DNA of 25,978 nt from the IMG/VR virus record IMGVR_UViG_3300044518_000038, positions 1 through 25,978 of that record, one strand, 5' to 3'. The notes under the pieces are model-generated. The model did not search any database and had not been told where the DNA came from. It saw only the letters and a list, made by a program, of their open reading frames with translations. Shown in pieces: positions 22,305-25,978 of this stretch (position 1 is its first letter; each line of letters opens with the position of its first letter). Both the position numbers and the translations under genes were made by a program. Origin of the DNA: a virus (lineage: Duplodnaviria > Caudoviricetes).

Positions 22305-22636
22305 CGGGCACCTGCCTCGGCGCCGAATCCGGCGAGGACCCACTGCTTGGCGTCGCGGTCCCAGATGACCGACCAGGCGTTGCGGTCGGTGAGGGTGCCG
22401 TCGAGGTCGATGCCGACCGGCATCCCCGCCTCGTGTGCGGCGTTCAGCGCGTCGGCAATCGCGTGCCAGCGCGAGCGCTCGGCCCTGGGGATCGCCTTCT
22501 GCTTCTCGGCGTCCTCGCGAAGGATCTCGTTCGCGAAGGCGTCCACGACGCGCTCGGCGGTCTCGCGAGATACGGTGCCGCTGTACATCAGCATGAGGAT
22601 CAAGGCGTCACGGCGGCTAGGGCTGGATGAGACCAT
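22301..22636 (-). CDS. Hypothetical protein (111 aa)
   Basis: RBS GAGGTGG; coupled downstream. Confidence 0.8.
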   Translation of the reverse strand: MVSSSPSRRDALILMLMYSGTVSRETAERVVDAFANEILREDAEKQKAIPRAERSRWHAIADALNAAHEAGMPVGIDLDGTLTDRNAWSVIWDRDAKQWVLAGFGAEAGAR

Positions 22637-22682
22637 GGTGGTGGTCCACCTCTCTGTTCAGCGGATGGTGTGGGTGGATCGC

Positions 22683-22723
22683 AGGGGCCGTTCGCAGGCT
22701 TGGGGTTTGCGGGCGGCCTCTTT
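22683..22723 (+). terminator. Antisense-oriented hairpin/terminator
   Basis: 17-18 contiguous pairs including 5-6 G-U on +, ending in TTT. Confidence 0.6.
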
Positions 22724-22733
22724 GCGTGCCGCG

Positions 22734-23063
22734 TCAGGCGGCAGCGCGGGCGTACTTGCTGGGCAGGACTTCGCCGTCGGCCTGGATCTGCCGGATGTGC
22801 GCGGCGGTGAGGCGCGGCGACTTCCCGACGTAGGTGAAGGGGATCCGGCGGGCCTGGATGTTCTCGACCACCCAGTTGCGGGTCTTGCCGAGAATGTCTG
22901 CGGCCTCTTCCGGCGTGTAGCAGCGGAGTTCGAGGTCCGCTGCGTTCTGCTTCGCGGTGAGCTGCTCGACCGCTTCGGCCAGCCGCAGCATCAGCGTCTC
23001 GTCGGCCGGCAGTCCGTTAGTGCGGGTGTTGCCTGTGGGGGGAGCCAGGTTGTTCCTGGTCAC
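22734..23063 (-). CDS. Excisionase-like HTH_17 protein (109 aa)
   Basis: YTPEEAADILGKTRNWV...IPFTYVGKSPRLT; RBS GAGGAG. Confidence 0.85.
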   Translation of the reverse strand: MTRNNLAPPTGNTRTNGLPADETLMLRLAEAVEQLTAKQNAADLELRCYTPEEAADILGKTRNWVVENIQARRIPFTYVGKSPRLTAAHIRQIQADGEVLPSKYARAAA

Positions 23064-23268
23064 GGGGTCTCTCCTCGTGTGTGATGGCTGCGATAGGCAC
23101 GTCCAGGCGTGAGGCGTAGAGGTGGAGGGTTCCGTCTCCTGCTCCCTGTTGGCCGTTTTCGACTCGGGATAGGAAGCCGGGGTCTCTGCCTATGTCCTTG
23201 GCGAGCTGCTGAAGGCTGACTCCCCGTGCCTCGCGGATGGCCTTCATTGCGGCTCCGTTCGGTCTCAC
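23017..23268 (-). CDS. Cro-like XRE HTH protein (83 aa), probably leaderless
   Basis: MKAIREARGVSLQQLAKDIGRDPGFLSRVENG; GTG 7 nt after the -10. Confidence 0.85.
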   Translation of the reverse strand: MRPNGAAMKAIREARGVSLQQLAKDIGRDPGFLSRVENGQQGAGDGTLHLYASRLDVPIAAITHEERPRDQEQPGSPHRQHPH

Positions 23269-23269
23269 G

Positions 23270-23332
23270 AGACACAACGTAGACCCAATGAAGCGGCAAC
23301 GGCAAGGGTGTTGCTCGGGTTTCGTTGGGTCT
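23270..23332 (-). promoter_or_regulatory. Early lytic promoter with operator-like repeats
   Basis: TTGCCG(23305-23300)-18-TACGTT(23281-23276); AGACACAACGTA 23270, AGACCCAATGAA 23281, inverted copy TTCGTTGGGTCT 23321. Confidence 0.65.
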
Positions 23333-23538
23333 TTTTCTGGACTCCCTGGGTGCGCCGGAGGCTGCAAGGGGGCGAGCAATGGCCAATGCCAAGCGGCGCG
23401 CGACGGCGCGCATACGTAGCGCGAGCACAACCAGGTGCTAACGAGGCAACAAAAATGCGCCCCCAACACCGATCATTCCTGGTCAATTAGGGGAATCGAT
23501 GGGTGCGTGTTGCCAGACCGTGCGGCATGATGACTGCC

Positions 23539-24078
23539 ATGACAGAGGACCGGACCGACCGCCAGTGGGGCAGGCTCGCAGCCGCAGTCAGGGCTGCGCG
23601 CGAAGCACGCGGGCTCCGGCAGATCGACCTCGCCACCCTCGCAGGGATCAGCCAAGGAAGCGTCCAGAACCTCGAAGACCCCAGCCGCCGGCCGGGCCGC
23701 ATGCCACAGAGCATCACCAAGGTAGAACCGCATCTCGGCTGGGCCGCCGGCTCCGGTATGGCCATCCTGAAGGGCGGCGAGCCGACCGCGTCCACACCCG
23801 CCCCCACCACCGGCGACCGCGACAAGCTGCGCGACAAACTGCCACTGAGGATCGTCGACGAGCTGGAGAGCGACGACCCCCTCCTCGACTCCACCGTGAT
23901 CGAGCTGCCCGGCATCGAAGGCGCCCGCATGACCGTGGTTGTGCGAGGCAATCCGAACGCCACCCCGGAGCAGATCCAGGAAGCCCTCCTCGCCTGGCGC
24001 CGCGCCTGGCTCCGCCTTCAGAGGCTCACAGGCGACAACGGGGACGGGCCCGAACCCCGGGCCGCGAACGGCTCGTAG
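23539..24078 (+). CDS. Immunity repressor, XRE family (179 aa), probably leaderless
   Basis: LAAAVRAAREARGLRQIDLATLAGISQGSVQNLE..LGW..GS; divergent from cro; GTGCGT-17-CATGAT ends 7 nt upstream; start could be 23527 or 23530. Confidence 0.88.
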   Translation: MTEDRTDRQWGRLAAAVRAAREARGLRQIDLATLAGISQGSVQNLEDPSRRPGRMPQSITKVEPHLGWAAGSGMAILKGGEPTASTPAPTTGDRDKLRDKLPLRIVDELESDDPLLDSTVIELPGIEGARMTVVVRGNPNATPEQIQEALLAWRRAWLRLQRLTGDNGDGPEPRAANGS

Positions 24079-24184
24079 CCACCTCCACACAATTCGTTCA
24101 CAAACCCCTCCACCACCACCCGAAAGTGTGCTGTCATATGCAGACACCACAAAGGGGGGCGCCCGCAGTGGTCTTGGGGGACCT

Positions 24185-24400
24185 ATGTGCGTAGAGGTTC
24201 AGCGGGTGTCCAACATGCCGTACAGCACTGAGATTTGGGTGATCGACGACAGCCCGTCCCAGTTCACGGTGCTCATCGACAAGGAACTGATCACCGAGTG
24301 GGGTGCCGCCCTCCTCGGATACGCCCTCGACCGGCACCTCGGAGCGCGCAGGCTTGACGCTTCGACGGTTCGGACTACCCTCCACGCGATCACTGGGTGA
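24185..24400 (+). CDS. Small hypothetical protein between repressor and integrase (71 aa)
   Basis: RBS GGGGGA; MCVEVQRV...FTVLIDKELITEWGAALL. Confidence 0.7.
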   Translation: MCVEVQRVSNMPYSTEIWVIDDSPSQFTVLIDKELITEWGAALLGYALDRHLGARRLDASTVRTTLHAITG

Positions 24401-24465
24401 CACTCTGGGATCAACGCCGATCCCCCAGTCGGCGTCGTCCCGAGGTCCGGCTCACGAGGTGATCC

Positions 24466-25779
24466 ATGGCTCACGCAGAGAAGCGCGGCTACGACAAGAA
24501 GGCCCGCAAGTGGCGCTGGCGTGGACGATACAAGCTGCCCAACGGTAAGTGGGGGTCCGTCTCCAAGGACGATCACGGGCAGCCCTTCTACACCGAGCGG
24601 GCCGCCGAGGATTACGCCCACGGCCTGGAAGTCGATGTGCGGCGGAAGCAGTTCATCAACCCGCGCGACGGCCGCATCACCGTCACCGAGTGGGCCGAGA
24701 AGTGGCTGCCGTCCATCAGCGTCGGGCCGCTCAGCGACAAGGAGTATCGCCTCCGTCTGAAGAACCAGATCCTCCCCGAGTGGGGGGCAGTCGCAGTCGG
24801 CGACCTGTCGGCTGCCGGCATCGCGGCCTGGGAGAAGCAGCTACGGGAGCGCATTTCCAAGAACTACGCGGACGGCGTGATGAGCGTCTTCCGCACCATG
24901 CTGGACGACGCTGTAGCCGAGAAGCTGCGCGGAGACAACCCGGTCGCCGCGCGCAAGTCCGGCCGGCGCGGCAAGTTCAAGCCCAAGCCCAAGGACGAGA
25001 AGGTCATCGCGACGCCCCGTCAGGCGCTGCTGATCGCCCGCAACGCCCTTGAGATGCGCGGCCTGAACGAGTACGCCATCGTCCTCACCTCCGCCTATAC
25101 GGGCCTGCGCATCGGCGAGCTGGCGGGCGTGCACCGCGACCAGCTGGCACTCAAGGACACCGGGCAGGGAGCACGGCTGCACTCGGTGCAGCAGAGCCAG
25201 TACATCAGCGGCGTGTTCACGGAGATCGACAACAAGTACGACTCGGGCCGCGGGCTGATCCTGCCGCCATTCCTCGCCGAGTTGCTGCAGACGGTGCTCG
25301 ACTCACGGCCGAAGCCGCAGCCGGGCAAGCAGTCGTCGCCGTGGGTGTTCACGGCACCTAAGGGTGGCCGGCTGCTGCGGGGCGGTGACTGGTACGCGGA
25401 CACGTGGCATCCGATGGTGTCCGGCAGGGCTCCGCGGGGTGTGGTGCGGGGGGCGAAGGCGCGGGACGGAGTCCGGCCCGTGCTGGGAGTTGAGGGGCTG
25501 ACGCCGCACGGGCTTCGGCACTCGCAGAAGGTCTGGCTGGATGAGGGGAATCATCCTAGAGTTGCCGTTGAGGCGCGGATGGGGCATGTGCTCCAGGGCG
25601 TCGAGGGCACGTACTCGCATGTGACGTTGGCGATGGAGTTGGCGATCGCCGGGCATCTCCAGGATTTGTGGGAGGGCTCGTTGAGGGTCGTTATGGACCG
25701 CCGCGAGTTCGGCCCGTATCCCCCACTCAAACCGTCCCGTGACAAACGATCTCCCAGTCGTCTCCCAAACTCGATTTGA
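24466..25779 (+). CDS. int: Tyrosine integrase (437 aa)
   Basis: N-terminal arm-binding WRGRY..F..ERAA; catalytic TGLRIGEL, HGLRH, MGH, TYSH; RBS GAGGTG. Confidence 0.96.
   Translation: MAHAEKRGYDKKARKWRWRGRYKLPNGKWGSVSKDDHGQPFYTERAAEDYAHGLEVDVRRKQFINPRDGRITVTEWAEKWLPSISVGPLSDKEYRLRLKNQILPEWGAVAVGDLSAAGIAAWEKQLRERISKNYADGVMSVFRTMLDDAVAEKLRGDNPVAARKSGRRGKFKPKPKDEKVIATPRQALLIARNALEMRGLNEYAIVLTSAYTGLRIGELAGVHRDQLALKDTGQGARLHSVQQSQYISGVFTEIDNKYDSGRGLILPPFLAELLQTVLDSRPKPQPGKQSSPWVFTAPKGGRLLRGGDWYADTWHPMVSGRAPRGVVRGAKARDGVRPVLGVEGLTPHGLRHSQKVWLDEGNHPRVAVEARMGHVLQGVEGTYSHVTLAMELAIAGHLQDLWEGSLRVVMDRREFGPYPPLKPSRDKRSPSRLPNSI
25750..25767 (+). repeat. Putative integrase arm-type sites
   Basis: TCTCCCA at 25750 and 25761 (11-bp period) at the 3' end of int. 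Confidence 0.55.
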
Positions 25780-25802
25780 TCTTGCTTTGGGTGCACAGAA
25801 GT

Positions 25803-25834
25803 GGCCCTCCCGGACGCTCGGGAGGGCCGCTTTT
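25803..25834. terminator. Terminator between the convergent int and host genes
   Basis: GGCCCTCCCG-N6-CGGGAGGGCC, then GCTTTT. Confidence 0.85.
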
Positions 25835-25872
25835 GTCGGTTCGGTCTATGCGCGTCCTACTGCCAACTCCCG

Positions 25873-25978
25873 TTAGCGAATCGGCATGCCCGCGAGGGTG
25901 CGGGCGATGACCAGGCGCTGGATCTCGCTCGTCCCCTCGAAGATGGTGTAGATGGCGGAGTCGCGGTGCATGCGCTCG
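25873..25978 (-). CDS. Host acyl-CoA dehydrogenase, C-terminal fragment (runs off the window)
   Basis: Manual translation ERMHRDSAIYTIFEGTSEIQRLVIARTLAGMPIR*; ER..RD...IFEGTSEIQR signature. Confidence 0.93.
   Translation of the reverse strand, partial: ERMHRDSAIYTIFEGTSEIQRLVIARTLAGMPIR

Larger units (their letters stand above)
1..25872. mobile_element. Temperate prophage (integration, immunity, early and replication arm); continues beyond the left edge
   Basis: Integrase-repressor-cro-xis-recombination-replication gene order, dense ATGA/GTGA/TGATG coupling, host housekeeping gene after the integrase. Right boundary approximate. Confidence 0.93.

Noticed and set aside
25780-25872. tRNA or tmRNA attachment site
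   Set aside because: No cloverleaf, T-loop or CCA pattern; only a terminator and the host CDS end.

Overview
High-GC actinobacterial DNA, most consistent with Streptomyces (inferred from GC content, promoter style and gene families). About 1-25870 is the integrase-proximal half of a temperate prophage. From right to left: the 3' end of a host acyl-CoA dehydrogenase gene (probable integration target), a tyrosine integrase, a small ORF, an XRE repressor divergent from a Cro-like gene, and an excisionase-like HTH. Then comes a ~21 kb leftward, translationally coupled early region: RecE-like exonuclease plus putative annealing protein, multi-HTH protein, C5 and N4/N6 DNA methyltransferases, a replication initiator with an internal iteron origin, DnaC-like loader, DnaB helicase, many small mosaic ORFs, a LuxR-type HTH and a Zn-finger regulator. 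An accessory island at the left (1-2262) holds a RelE-like TA pair and three rightward genes. No virion or lysis genes are in the window. Most interesting: an orphan MbcA/ParS-type antitoxin domain with no toxin; a CopG-like RHH gene inverted in front of the replication operon with its own operators and divergent promoters; palindromic iterons; hairpins that fold only on the antisense strand; and a candidate pseudoknot beside an RBS. Family calls come from motif recognition by eye; no searches were run.
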